The notes beneath the pieces are model-generated. The model ran no database searches. It was not told where the DNA came from and saw only the letters and a list, made by a program, of their open reading frames with translations. The translations under genes were made by a program, and so were the position numbers. A stretch of DNA of 48,739 bases from Candidatus Saccharibacteria bacterium UBA6824 (GTDB lineage: Bacteria; Patescibacteriota; Saccharimonadia; Saccharimonadales; UBA10212): assembly GCA_002452155.1 (NCBI GenBank), contig DKEK01000004.1:18336-67074 (forward strand), in the 5' to 3' direction. Shown here one piece after another: positions 38,523-47,327 of this stretch (position 1 is its first letter; every line of letters begins with the position of its first letter).

Positions 38523-39122
38523 ATGGATCACAATAATTCCTCCACCAGTGCTGGTGATTACAAAAAAAGCCTCGCCGAGCATGGCGAGAGTCCAAAGGCA
38601 CTGCTATGGGCAAACTATAGGATCGCCGCTGTTCGATACAAGGAGCTTGTGATAGACACCCCGGTAGAGGGGCGGTCAATACTTGATGCCGGCTGTGGTA
38701 TGGGTGATTTACTGCCATTTTTGTATGCCAAATCTATTAATTTCCGTTACTTAGGCGTTGATATTCATAAAGGTTTTATAGAAATCGCTAAAAAACGCTA
38801 CGAAGGTCATGAATTTAAGGTAGCCGACCCGTTCAGTAAAAAAATCGGGCGCTACGACGTAGTTATTTCATCGGGGGTGATGAATGGCAACGTCAGCGGT
38901 TGGCTGGAAAAAAGAAAAAACGCCATTGCTCGCTTGTTTGAACTGGCAAATGAGACTCTGGCTTTTAATATGTCTGGGGGATTAAATAATACTCCGGATA
39001 CCCCACTTAATGCTTTCGTCAATCTTGAAGAAATTCAGGCTTTTTGCGCTAATCTTACCCCTCGTCTAATCGTGCGGAATCATTATTCCAGCAAGGGATT
39101 TACGATTGTGATGTTCAAATAA
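38523..39122 (+). CDS. Class I SAM-dependent methyltransferase
   Basis: ILDAGCGMGD, YLGVDI, YDVVISSG. Confidence 0.88.
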   Translation: MDHNNSSTSAGDYKKSLAEHGESPKALLWANYRIAAVRYKELVIDTPVEGRSILDAGCGMGDLLPFLYAKSINFRYLGVDIHKGFIEIAKKRYEGHEFKVADPFSKKIGRYDVVISSGVMNGNVSGWLEKRKNAIARLFELANETLAFNMSGGLNNTPDTPLNAFVNLEEIQAFCANLTPRLIVRNHYSSKGFTIVMFK

Positions 39123-39135
39123 GTTCTTAATGGGA

Positions 39136-39705
39136 CTATGCGGCCATTAGGCTATTTATAAGCTGGTGCACAGACAAAGTGCCGCCGTCCTCGGGATGAA
39201 ATTGGGTGCCTAATTGGCGCAATCCCTCGTGGTAGATAATCTCGACGCCGTTTTCCGATTGGGCTAGAACATTAAAGCCCTTCGGAGCCTCCGGTACGTG
39301 CCAGTGGTGGGCTTCAGATTGCTTTAACTGGAGCTTTGAAAAGAGTTCCCAGCCTTTTTCGGTAGTAACGAGGGGCTGGAAATCGTATGCCATTTTCGTC
39401 ATCTTGGGAACTTTTTGACCGTGGGCTCTGGCCATTACCTCAAAGCCCATACAAATACCTAGTAGTGGCGTGCGGCAGCTGCGGACAAAGCTCATTTCGT
39501 CTTTGTACCAAGGTTTTCCTTCTTTGTGCTGGTCGTCGATTTCGTGTCCTTCACCGCCACCGCCGGATAAGATAACCATGTCCTTTCCCCGGTGATGAAA
39601 ATCCAAGCCGGGTTGATAACGTTGAATTTCAACTTCATGACCGGATAGCGCGGACGACAAGGCTTTTAAGTGTACTGTGTTGTTGTTTATTAAAAGAATT
39701 TTCAT
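39136..39705 (-). CDS. Class I glutamine amidotransferase-like / peptidase C26-like protein
   Basis: ILSGG, LLGICMGFE, QFHPE; likely start MKILL at 39705. Confidence 0.88.
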   Translation of the reverse strand: MKILLINNNTVHLKALSSALSGHEVEIQRYQPGLDFHHRGKDMVILSGGGGEGHEIDDQHKEGKPWYKDEMSFVRSCRTPLLGICMGFEVMARAHGQKVPKMTKMAYDFQPLVTTEKGWELFSKLQLKQSEAHHWHVPEAPKGFNVLAQSENGVEIIYHEGLRQLGTQFHPEDGGTLSVHQLINSLMAA

Positions 39706-39706
39706 A

Positions 39707-39789
39707 TTTGCCTGCCCCGCACCCAATCCTGAGCGGAGTAGTCTGCAATCAGATTATGGAGCTTCAAGATTTTGGTGTCGGGGTTTTTG
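39707..39789 (-). repeat. ~80 bp palindromic repeat element, copy 2
   Basis: Reverse complement aligns with 1150-1231. Confidence 0.85.
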
Positions 39790-39804
39790 TTTTTCATTTT
39801 TATT

Positions 39805-40011
39805 TTAACCCGAGTGACCCACCCTTTTGTAAACAATGAAAGCGATCGCCGCTAGAACTAGCGTAATGAGTATTATCATAGGAATAAACCCAGCACTTAG
39901 CTCCGCGCGCTTCGTATGTATCCGCCACCAGGCGGATAGTTGCGGCGCTAAGTGCTGGGTAAAGCCGACTTGATTTCCGGATGTATTTTTTATTTTTGAC
40001 ACTAATCTCAT
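39805..40011 (-). CDS. Small pilin-like membrane protein carrying an in-frame palindromic insert
   Basis: NQVGF-[25 aa]-IPMIILITLVLAAIAFIVYKR; basic leader, G|F, hydrophobic helix. Confidence 0.65.
   Translation of the reverse strand: MRLVSKIKNTSGNQVGFTQHLAPQLSAWWRIHTKRAELSAGFIPMIILITLVLAAIAFIVYKRVGHSG
39889..39959. mobile_element. 71-bp MITE-like element with TAAA direct flanks
   Basis: Perfect arms cccagcacttagc/gctaagtgctggg; TAAA at 39885-39888 and 39960-39963. Confidence 0.75.
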
Positions 40012-40099
40012 TATGCTACTGCTTTTCGTCGTTTGTAAAGTCTTTAATACATTGACCTCGCTTTGACAAGAGTATGACTCTTATGCTATAATATAGAGC

Positions 40100-40735
40100 A
40101 TGTCAGCTGAAAATAGACATGAACAGGGCCCGGCCTTAGTGCCTTTTCAAATGTATGTGGATAAAGGCCAGCAGGCCGAAAGATATAGAGAATTGGCGAC
40201 TACGGACCAGTTAAGCGGCGCGCTAAACCGTCATGGCCTGGAATTATATTTACAGACTGCCGAAGCTCCTAGGGCTATGCTGTTAGCGGACGCCACAAAT
40301 TTTAAAGCTGTCAATGACGAATATGGGCATCAAGCTGGCGACCAGGTAGTTGTTGAAACACATCGCCTGCTGCGCGCGAGCATCCGACCCGGCGATGTAA
40401 TTGCCCGCTGGGGCGGTGATGAATTCGTAGTTATATTAAACGACGATAGCGAAACCCAAAAATCTGGTAGTGTTCCTGTGATAGGCGAGCAGAGAATGAG
40501 CGCTTCACCACCTGAAGAAATTATTGTGGCTGCTAAATCTCGTATCTCAGAAGGGGTGCGAGCATTCCTGGAGGATCATCCTGGGCTTAAGGAAGTTAAC
40601 TTTGATCTAGCTGTGGGTGGCATTGTGTGGGGAGGCGCTGAAAAAATCGAGCAGCTCATTGAACAGGTTGAAGACGATATGAAGATTCATAAAAGCCGGC
40701 AGCACGAAGCCGGTCAGCACCGTCGAGCTAGCTAA
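40100..40735 (+). CDS. Stand-alone GGDEF-domain protein (diguanylate cyclase)
   Basis: D.L.G..NR, FK.VND.YGH..GD, RPGD I-site, RWGGDEF. Confidence 0.9.
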   Translation: MSAENRHEQGPALVPFQMYVDKGQQAERYRELATTDQLSGALNRHGLELYLQTAEAPRAMLLADATNFKAVNDEYGHQAGDQVVVETHRLLRASIRPGDVIARWGGDEFVVILNDDSETQKSGSVPVIGEQRMSASPPEEIIVAAKSRISEGVRAFLEDHPGLKEVNFDLAVGGIVWGGAEKIEQLIEQVEDDMKIHKSRQHEAGQHRRAS

Positions 40736-41834
40736 ACAGACCCCTTCTTCTTTCGGTATTTTTCAGCTGCTCTAGCAGTTGTTTTTGTTTAGGCGTCAAT
40801 TTGGTCGGGGTGTCAACAAGCACGGTGACGATGTGAGCGCCGCGACCGCTGCCCTTAATATGAGGTACTCCGTGGCCGGACAGTTTAAAGTCGCTGCCGC
40901 TTTGGGTGCCGGCCGGTACTTTCATGCGGACCGGTCCGTCGACTGTTTCAACATTGATTTGGGTACCTATAGCAGCGTCTACCATGTCAATATGCTCGCT
41001 GGATAGAATTAGATCGCCTTCGCGGGTGAATTTTTTGTGCGGTTTAACTCGGATAAGGACATAAAGGTCACCTTTGGGGCCGCTGGCTATGGCCTCGCCG
41101 TGCTCGCGTAGGCGAATGGTGGCCCCATCGTCGATGCCGGCCGGGATTTTGAGTTTAATGGTCTGAGTTTTGCGCTGGGTACCTTTGCCGCCGCAGACTG
41201 TGCAGAGTTTTTCGGGGATTTTACCTTTGCCCTTACACTTCGGGCACAGCGCGGCTTGTTGAATGTTGCCAAAGATCGTACGCATGACGTTAGTAATTTG
41301 GCCGCTGCCTTTGCAGTTATCACAAGTCTGTAGCTCATGGCCCGGCTCGACAGTTGTGCCTTTACAATGTTCGCAAGTATCTTCCAGGGTAAGACGTAGG
41401 TCAACTTCGGTGCCAAAAACAGCTTGCTCGAAGCTGGTTTCGACACTGGTTTCGACATCACGGCCGCGCTTTTGGCCGCTACGACCGGCCGCTTGGCCGC
41501 CAAAGAAGCTACCAAAAATATCGCCCAGGCCCAGATCGCCAAAATCAAAATTAAATTCTTGGCTCTGCCCGCCAAAACCGCCAAAACCAGCGAACGGATT
41601 ACCGTCGCTAGCGGCGCTGCTTCCTACACCAGCGTGGCCAAATTGGTCGTAGCGCTGACGTTTGGAAGAATCTTTTAAAACTTCGTAGGCTTCGTTAACC
41701 TCTTTAAATTGGGCTTCATTGCCACCGCGGTCTGGGTGGTGCTGGACGGCCAGCCGGCGGTAAGCTTTTTTTAGCTCATCAGCCGAAGCGCCTCTGCCGA
41801 CCCCCAAGACTTCATAATAATCACGCTTGGCCAT
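40728..41834 (-). CDS. dnaJ: Chaperone DnaJ
   Basis: J domain HPD, G/F-rich region, four CxxCxGxG repeats. Confidence 0.98.
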   Translation of the reverse strand: MAKRDYYEVLGVGRGASADELKKAYRRLAVQHHPDRGGNEAQFKEVNEAYEVLKDSSKRQRYDQFGHAGVGSSAASDGNPFAGFGGFGGQSQEFNFDFGDLGLGDIFGSFFGGQAAGRSGQKRGRDVETSVETSFEQAVFGTEVDLRLTLEDTCEHCKGTTVEPGHELQTCDNCKGSGQITNVMRTIFGNIQQAALCPKCKGKGKIPEKLCTVCGGKGTQRKTQTIKLKIPAGIDDGATIRLREHGEAIASGPKGDLYVLIRVKPHKKFTREGDLILSSEHIDMVDAAIGTQINVETVDGPVRMKVPAGTQSGSDFKLSGHGVPHIKGSGRGAHIVTVLVDTPTKLTPKQKQLLEQLKNTERRRGLFS

Positions 41835-41840
41835 TCGTGT

Positions 41841-42188
41841 TTACCCTAGACCCGCTGACGGATAGTCTTCGTCTTGCAAATCGACCACTTCTGTTAGTCG
41901 GCCCAAGGCTTCATTGATTGCTTCTTCTGCCTCTTCCTCACTTACGTGGTATTTTCTTTGCAGCTGTGCGATCAGGGACTCCTCTTCGCCTATACCGTCC
42001 ATAAAATAGTCTGCTATTGCACCGTCGTGTGAAGCGGCGATAATCCGCTCCCCTTGCGACTTGTCTTGGTCTAGTTCCAGGCTTTGAGGAGGTTGCTGCT
42101 GGACATGTTCATCCAAAAATCGGTCAGACGAATGCTCTGGAAATCTAGTTTCTATTATTTCCCAGAATTTTTCGTTAGATTTAGACAT
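41841..42188 (-). CDS. Hypothetical acidic protein
   Basis: 115-aa ORF packed directly upstream of dnaJ. Confidence 0.65.
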   Translation of the reverse strand: MSKSNEKFWEIIETRFPEHSSDRFLDEHVQQQPPQSLELDQDKSQGERIIAASHDGAIADYFMDGIGEEESLIAQLQRKYHVSEEEAEEAINEALGRLTEVVDLQDEDYPSAGLG

Positions 42189-42336
42189 CTTTTTTCTTCT
42201 TCATCACTTTGCCTTCAATGAATTTGCGGTCCTTAACTACATAGTGATTTTTGGCGTATTCCACGCCCAGTTTAACCCCCGCCGCTACGGCCGCGGCTGG
42301 GAGTATGATGTAGCGCAGGAAATTAGCCGGCTTCAT
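42181..42336 (-). CDS. Putative small protein (51 aa, MKPANFLRYIILPAAAVAAGVKLG...KKKKDV)
   Basis: Manual translation; starts immediately after the upstream TAA and overlaps the next ATG by 8 nt. Confidence 0.55.
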   Translation of the reverse strand: MKPANFLRYIILPAAAVAAGVKLGVEYAKNHYVVKDRKFIEGKVMKKKKDV

Positions 42337-42543
42337 TTACTCTTCTTTCTTGTCTGGCTCAGCTATCGGTGCAGCCCCACCCCGTACTTCAACGGGCCTA
42401 TTTTTCCTTCCATCAAGAGTGTGAGCTAGGAAGACACGTGTTTTTATGCCTTCAATAGCGGGAACTTCCTCTGTGGGCTCATCCGGCTTTGCTTCTAGAG
42501 TTTCTGGGTCGATCGAATCGCTATCTTTATATTCTTCAGTCAT
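42337..42543 (-). CDS. Hypothetical small acidic protein
   Basis: ATG overlaps the dnaK stop (TAATG). Confidence 0.6.
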   Translation of the reverse strand: MTEEYKDSDSIDPETLEAKPDEPTEEVPAIEGIKTRVFLAHTLDGRKNRPVEVRGGAAPIAEPDKKEE

Positions 42544-44504
42544 TATTCCTCTTTCTTGTCAGACTTGTCGTCGACGACTTCGCCCTCGACAGGTTCATCT
42601 TTGTCCTTTTTGCCCTTTTTTGCTTCGTCCGACTTCGCTTCGCTTCCACCTTCGCCAGAGGCTTCGGTGGACTGGTCGGACGGTTTCGCTTCGCTCTCTT
42701 TGCTCGCTTGCTCATACATTTTGGCGCCGATGGGCATGATTTTGTCGCTCAAATCCTTGGCAGCTTTCTCTAGCTCGTCCTTATCAGTTGCCTCCAAATG
42801 GGTTTTAGCTTCGTCTATCGCTTCTTGCAGGGTCTTGACATCTTCTTCGCTGAGTTTGTCTTTGTAGTCGGTCTTCATCTTTTCGGCTTGGTAAACAGCG
42901 TTATCCAGCTGATTTTTGACTTCTATAGCTTCACGCTTCTTCTTGTCTTCCTCGGCGTGCGCTTCAGCATCCTTGGCAGCCTTTTCTACATCGTCTTTGC
43001 TTAGATTGCCGCTACCAGAAATGGTGATGCTTTGCTCTTTACCGGTGCCTTTATCTTTAGCCGACACGTTTAAGATGCCGTTAGCGTCGATGTTAAAAGT
43101 GACTTCGATTTGCGGCACGCCGCGCGGGGCTGGCGGGATGCCGTCCAGCACAAAGCGACCAAGACTCTTGTTGCCTTCGGCCATTTCGCGCTCGCCCTGA
43201 AGTACATGGATCTCGACGCTATTTTGGTTGTCGGCAGCTGTTGAAAAGACTTCATTTTTGCTGGTCGGAACGGTGGTATTGCGCTCGATCAACTTGGTAG
43301 TTACGCCGCCAAGGGTTTCTATACCGAGGCTCAAAGGGGTGACATCTAGTAGTAACACATCCTTAACATCACCCTGCAATACACCGGCTTGGATGGCGGC
43401 GCCGATCGCCACTACTTCGTCCGGATTAACACCCTGCATCGGTTCTTTACCAAAAAGTGATTTAACTTTTTCAACTACAGCCGGCATACGGGTCATACCT
43501 CCCACCAGGACGATTTCGTTGATGTCGGCCGGGGTCAGTTTGGCGTCCTTTAGGGCTTCCTTGACCGGGCCTGCAGTTTTATCAATCATTTCCTGGACCA
43601 GCTCTACTAATTTGGCACGGGTCAGCTTGTATTCGAAGTGCTTTGGCCCCTCGGCGTCGGCTGTCAAAAATGGCAGGTTGATGTCGGCGACCTCTGAAGT
43701 AGATAGTTCCTTTTTGGCCTTTTCGGCCTCTTCTTTCAGGCGCTGCATGGCAGCTTTGTCGTCCTTAATATCAATGCCGGCCTCTTTCTTGAATTGGTCG
43801 ACAAAATGGTTAACGATTTTAAGGTCAAAGTCCTCGCCGCCCAGGTGGGTGTCGCCGTGGGTGGAAAGAACTTCAAATACGCCGTCACCAAGTTGTAAAA
43901 TGGACACGTCAAATGTGCCGCCGCCGAGGTCGTAAACGGCAATCTTTTCTTCTTTGGCCTTGTCTAAACCATAAGCCAGCGCGGCGGCGGTTGGCTCGTT
44001 AATGATGCGCTTAACTTCCAGACCAGCAATTTTGCCGGCGTCTTTGGTGGCTTGGCGCTGGCTATCATCAAAGTAAGCCGGCACAGTAATGACGGCTTCG
44101 GTTACCGGTTCGCCAAGGAATTTTTCGGCATCAGCTTTGAGCTTGGACAGGATCATGCCACTGATTTCCTCGGGGCTATACTGCTTATCAGCCAGTTCTA
44201 CTTTTACGCCGGTGCCGGCCTTGACAATTTTATAAGGCATCAGCTCAATATCTTTTTGGACTTCTGGGTCGCTAAATTTACGGCCAATCAACCGCTTAAC
44301 ACCAAATATGGTGTTGGTCGGGTTGGTTACTCGCTGGCGGTTAGCCACCTGACCCACCAGGCGCTCACCATTTTTATTAATGGCGACTACGCTCGGCGTT
44401 GTGCGGTTGCCCTCGCTGTTGGCGATGATTTCCGGCTTGCCAGCCTGCATTACAGCCATCGCCGAGTTGGTTGTTCCTAAATCGATTCCAATTATTCTGG
44501 CCAT
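42543..44504 (-). CDS. dnaK: Chaperone DnaK
   Basis: [35 protein letters not shown]. Confidence 0.99.
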   Translation of the reverse strand: MARIIGIDLGTTNSAMAVMQAGKPEIIANSEGNRTTPSVVAINKNGERLVGQVANRQRVTNPTNTIFGVKRLIGRKFSDPEVQKDIELMPYKIVKAGTGVKVELADKQYSPEEISGMILSKLKADAEKFLGEPVTEAVITVPAYFDDSQRQATKDAGKIAGLEVKRIINEPTAAALAYGLDKAKEEKIAVYDLGGGTFDVSILQLGDGVFEVLSTHGDTHLGGEDFDLKIVNHFVDQFKKEAGIDIKDDKAAMQRLKEEAEKAKKELSTSEVADINLPFLTADAEGPKHFEYKLTRAKLVELVQEMIDKTAGPVKEALKDAKLTPADINEIVLVGGMTRMPAVVEKVKSLFGKEPMQGVNPDEVVAIGAAIQAGVLQGDVKDVLLLDVTPLSLGIETLGGVTTKLIERNTTVPTSKNEVFSTAADNQNSVEIHVLQGEREMAEGNKSLGRFVLDGIPPAPRGVPQIEVTFNIDANGILNVSAKDKGTGKEQSITISGSGNLSKDDVEKAAKDAEAHAEEDKKKREAIEVKNQLDNAVYQAEKMKTDYKDKLSEEDVKTLQEAIDEAKTHLEATDKDELEKAAKDLSDKIMPIGAKMYEQASKESEAKPSDQSTEASGEGGSEAKSDEAKKGKKDKDEPVEGEVVDDKSDKKEE

Positions 44505-44537
44505 GTTATTTCTCCTTTTCTTTACTCATTACTCTTC

Positions 44538-44813
44538 TCACCTTTCTTGTAATTCGCTGCTTCCGAGGCGAGGTTTTACGATATAAAGCTCGCACTCGCC
44601 TGCCACAATCTGTCTGGCGCAATCTAAGGCTGCGTCTAATCTCGATATGTCTTCGCCCTCATTCTTTTTCTTCTCAGCCAAACCCCTAGCACTGGATTTG
44701 TGACCATGAATATAGTCCATGGTTAAGGTATGCTCCATAGCCAGTTGCGGGCGCGTACCTTGTGATACTTGGTTAAATTCACAGTTTCCGCAGTGAAACT
44801 TGCTATCGGGCAT
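44538..44813 (-). CDS. Hypothetical Cys/His-containing small protein
   Basis: ATG overlaps the grpE stop; CxxC plus further Cys/His. Confidence 0.6.
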   Translation of the reverse strand: MPDSKFHCGNCEFNQVSQGTRPQLAMEHTLTMDYIHGHKSSARGLAEKKKNEGEDISRLDAALDCARQIVAGECELYIVKPRLGSSELQER

Positions 44814-45277
44814 TATTTCTTCTCCGTCCTTACTTTGACCAAGGCGTGGCGGATGACTTCGTCGTTAATTTTGTAGCCGGTTTGCAGTTCTTCACTAATA
44901 ATCTCGTGTTCGCCACCGGTATCTTCCATATGGACTGCCTCGTGCAGATGCGGATCAAAACGCTCACCTATGGTTTTGATACGTTCGACGCCCAACTGCT
45001 TGAAACATTGTTCAAACTGCTTTGCGACACCTTGGATACCTTTTACATAATCGTGGTCTTCTAAGTCTTTGGGTACGTGCATAATGGCTCGTTCCAGATT
45101 GTCAATTGCTGGTAAAAGCTCGCGCAATATAATGACTTTATAGAAATCGCCCAGCTTAGCCTTGTCTTCCTCGGTACGCCGGCGAACATTAATGGCATCG
45201 GCCCGTTCACGCTGCAATGCCTCAGTTAACTCGCTTATCTTCTGTTCCAGTTCCTTAAGGGTGGGTCTTTTACTCAT
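44813..45277 (-). CDS. grpE: Nucleotide exchange factor GrpE
   Basis: RAD..N.RRR, LLPAIDNLERA, FDPHLHEAV, GY.I...VIR.A.V. Confidence 0.95.
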   Translation of the reverse strand: MSKRPTLKELEQKISELTEALQRERADAINVRRRTEEDKAKLGDFYKVIILRELLPAIDNLERAIMHVPKDLEDHDYVKGIQGVAKQFEQCFKQLGVERIKTIGERFDPHLHEAVHMEDTGGEHEIISEELQTGYKINDEVIRHALVKVRTEKK

Positions 45278-45971
45278 TTAGCGTCCTTTCCAGAGAATTG
45301 CTGACGTAATCCACCAAACCCACGACTTGCTTATAATTCTGCCTGGTCGGCCCAATAACACCTACGAAACTTTGCCCGTATGGCGTTTTTATGCGACCGA
45401 TAATGGAACTGGCGCCGGCTGATTTGCCAATTGGATTTTCCTGACCGATATACACAGTTACGCGGTTCTTGTCATGATAAATCTGGTTGAGTAGTTCTGG
45501 AAGCTGTTCTATAAGTTGGGCTATACCAAAAGCTTGAGGTCCGCCATAAAACTCCGGATGCTGAAACAGGCTGGACATACCGTATTGGTAAGTTCGGTCG
45601 TTCCAGATACCAATTCCCAGATTTTTAGTTGATAGCGAAAGGGCTTGGACCGCATTTTTAATTGCTTGTTCGGCTTCGCCGGCGTCTTGGATTTGACGCT
45701 CGATAGCGTAAGCCATTCGGGAGGTTTCCGGCTGATGCTTGTCTTGCAGGGTGTTAACATAAAATCGGTAACCCTTGTCGGTCGGGATACGGCCGGCGCT
45801 GGTGTGCGGCTGGGTTATAAAGTCCAAACGTTCTAGTTCGACCATTTCGGCCCGGATAGTAGCGCTAGAAACGCCAAAAAGCTTGGCCATCAGACTACTG
45901 CCCACAGGGGCAGCCACTTCGGCATATTGTTCGACGATGGCACTTAAAATTTGGGCTTGGCGATTTGTCAT
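45270..45971 (-). CDS. hrcA: Heat-inducible transcription repressor HrcA (short form)
   Basis: PVGS, SSATIR.EM, QPHTSAGRIPTDKGYR, GVIGPTR. Confidence 0.95.
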   Translation of the reverse strand: MTNRQAQILSAIVEQYAEVAAPVGSSLMAKLFGVSSATIRAEMVELERLDFITQPHTSAGRIPTDKGYRFYVNTLQDKHQPETSRMAYAIERQIQDAGEAEQAIKNAVQALSLSTKNLGIGIWNDRTYQYGMSSLFQHPEFYGGPQAFGIAQLIEQLPELLNQIYHDKNRVTVYIGQENPIGKSAGASSIIGRIKTPYGQSFVGVIGPTRQNYKQVVGLVDYVSNSLERTLNE

Positions 45972-45996
45972 AGCACTCTTGGTTACTTAGTGCTAG
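45970..45996. promoter_or_regulatory. CIRCE operator (degenerate), overlapping the hrcA start codon
   Basis: ATAGCACTC-N9-TAGTGCTAG. Confidence 0.8.
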
Positions 45997-46006
45997 TTTA
46001 ATAGAG

Positions 46007-46033
46007 TTGGCACTCACAAGTCAAGAGTGCCAA
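46007..46033. promoter_or_regulatory. CIRCE operator overlapping the -35 (TTGACT) of the hrcA promoter
   Basis: TTGGCACTC-N9-GAGTGCCAA. Confidence 0.9.
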
Positions 46034-46594
46034 TTAGAGTCCAGCGGCCGCTTCGACGAGTTCTAGGGCCGCCTCGGGATGGTCTGCCGGATTAACAATT
46101 ACCCGGTCAAATTGGCTTTGGTAGCCCAGCTCTTCTTTAGCTAGCTTTAATCTTTGCTCGATTAGCTCTTGGCTATCTGTCGCCCGCGAGCGTATCCTCT
46201 CCTCAAGTTCTTCAAAACTGTCCGCTGCCAGAAATACCGTTATCGCTTCGGGTAGTTCTTTTTTAATATTGAGCGCGCCATTAACTTCTTTGCGCAGAAT
46301 AACGTTTTTGCTATCTTCCAATAGTTTCGCTATGGGTGCTCGAAGGGTGCCGTATAGCTCGTCGGTAACCACAAACCGCTCTAAAAACTCACCCCGGCTG
46401 GTTATCTGCTCAAACTCCGGCCGATCGACAAAAAAATAGTCTTTGCCTTCGATCTCACCAACCCTAGGTTGGCGTGTAGTAACTGAGGGTGGCTGCCGCC
46501 AGTCCGGGTGTTTTTGCATAAACATCCTGACGATCGTATCTTTGCCGACACCGGCAGAAGGTCCAGATATAATTAATAATTTTCCCTTATTCAT
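46034..46594 (-). CDS. gmk: Guanylate kinase
   Basis: ISGPSAGVGKDT, TTR.PR.GE..GKDYFFV, YGT, R...A..E. Confidence 0.85.
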   Translation of the reverse strand: MNKGKLLIISGPSAGVGKDTIVRMFMQKHPDWRQPPSVTTRQPRVGEIEGKDYFFVDRPEFEQITSRGEFLERFVVTDELYGTLRAPIAKLLEDSKNVILRKEVNGALNIKKELPEAITVFLAADSFEELEERIRSRATDSQELIEQRLKLAKEELGYQSQFDRVIVNPADHPEAALELVEAAAGL

Positions 46595-47307
46595 AAATTA
46601 CTTGACCTGTTAAGTAATTTTAGCAGCTGGCTGTAATTTTCTTTAGCGATACTTCTGGTCTGTTCTTCGTCGGCTGGTTTTTGACCACCTAAAATTTGTT
46701 GGAGACGTCTGACTGCGCCGTCAATTTCATCGTTCAGCACAAAGTGAATCTCTTTATCTGACAAGGCAAATTCATACGACTGTTTGGCCTCGGCCAAGCG
46801 GCTTTGCAGTTTTTCTCCGTTCCAGTTACCGGCTTTGGCCTGCTTAGCTAGCCACTCCTGCCAAGCTTCAAAACTGTGCGGCACTATAAATGCCGTTTGG
46901 AAGGATTTTAAGGGCAACTGACGGAATTCTTTTACGGCCGCCGGCATTAAGGGAATTAATCCCACGGCGTTTTTTGGATAGCTGCTTAGGCGCGTAGAGT
47001 ATAAGTCGCCATTGGGGCCAACAGCTAGCTGTGCCAGCTCGCCGTTTTTTAAATCTTCGAGAATCTCTTCTTTGGTGCGAAACAAAAAATCAACGCCGTT
47101 AACTTCGTTAGGCCGCGGAGGACGACTGGTTTCATCCAGAATAAGCTTAATCTTTGGTGAAGCTTTAACGAGGGCCTTCATAATCGTCGTTTTGCCCGAG
47201 GCACTGGGCCCCACAGTACCCATAACCCTAATATCAACCATCTTTTTTAGAACCTGCGGGCTGGGCTTATAATCCGCAACTAGTTTTCTTAGCTTATCGC
47301 CTGTCAT
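46591..47307 (-). CDS. Guanylate kinase-like protein (second paralogue)
   Basis: GPSASGKTT, TSRPPRPNEVNGVDFLF; N- and C-terminal extensions. Confidence 0.8.
   Translation of the reverse strand: MTGDKLRKLVADYKPSPQVLKKMVDIRVMGTVGPSASGKTTIMKALVKASPKIKLILDETSRPPRPNEVNGVDFLFRTKEEILEDLKNGELAQLAVGPNGDLYSTRLSSYPKNAVGLIPLMPAAVKEFRQLPLKSFQTAFIVPHSFEAWQEWLAKQAKAGNWNGEKLQSRLAEAKQSYEFALSDKEIHFVLNDEIDGAVRRLQQILGGQKPADEEQTRSIAKENYSQLLKLLNRSSNL
46595..46620. repeat. Palindromic motif copy at the C-terminus of the gmk-like gene
   Basis: aaattacttgac-ct-gttaagtaattt. Confidence 0.8.
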
Positions 47308-47327
47308 TTCTAACAGATTAGCACAGG

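Noticed and set aside
39706-39726. N-terminal extension MGAGQAN on the GATase
   Set aside because: Encoded by the repeat arm; the ATG at 39705 is the more plausible start.
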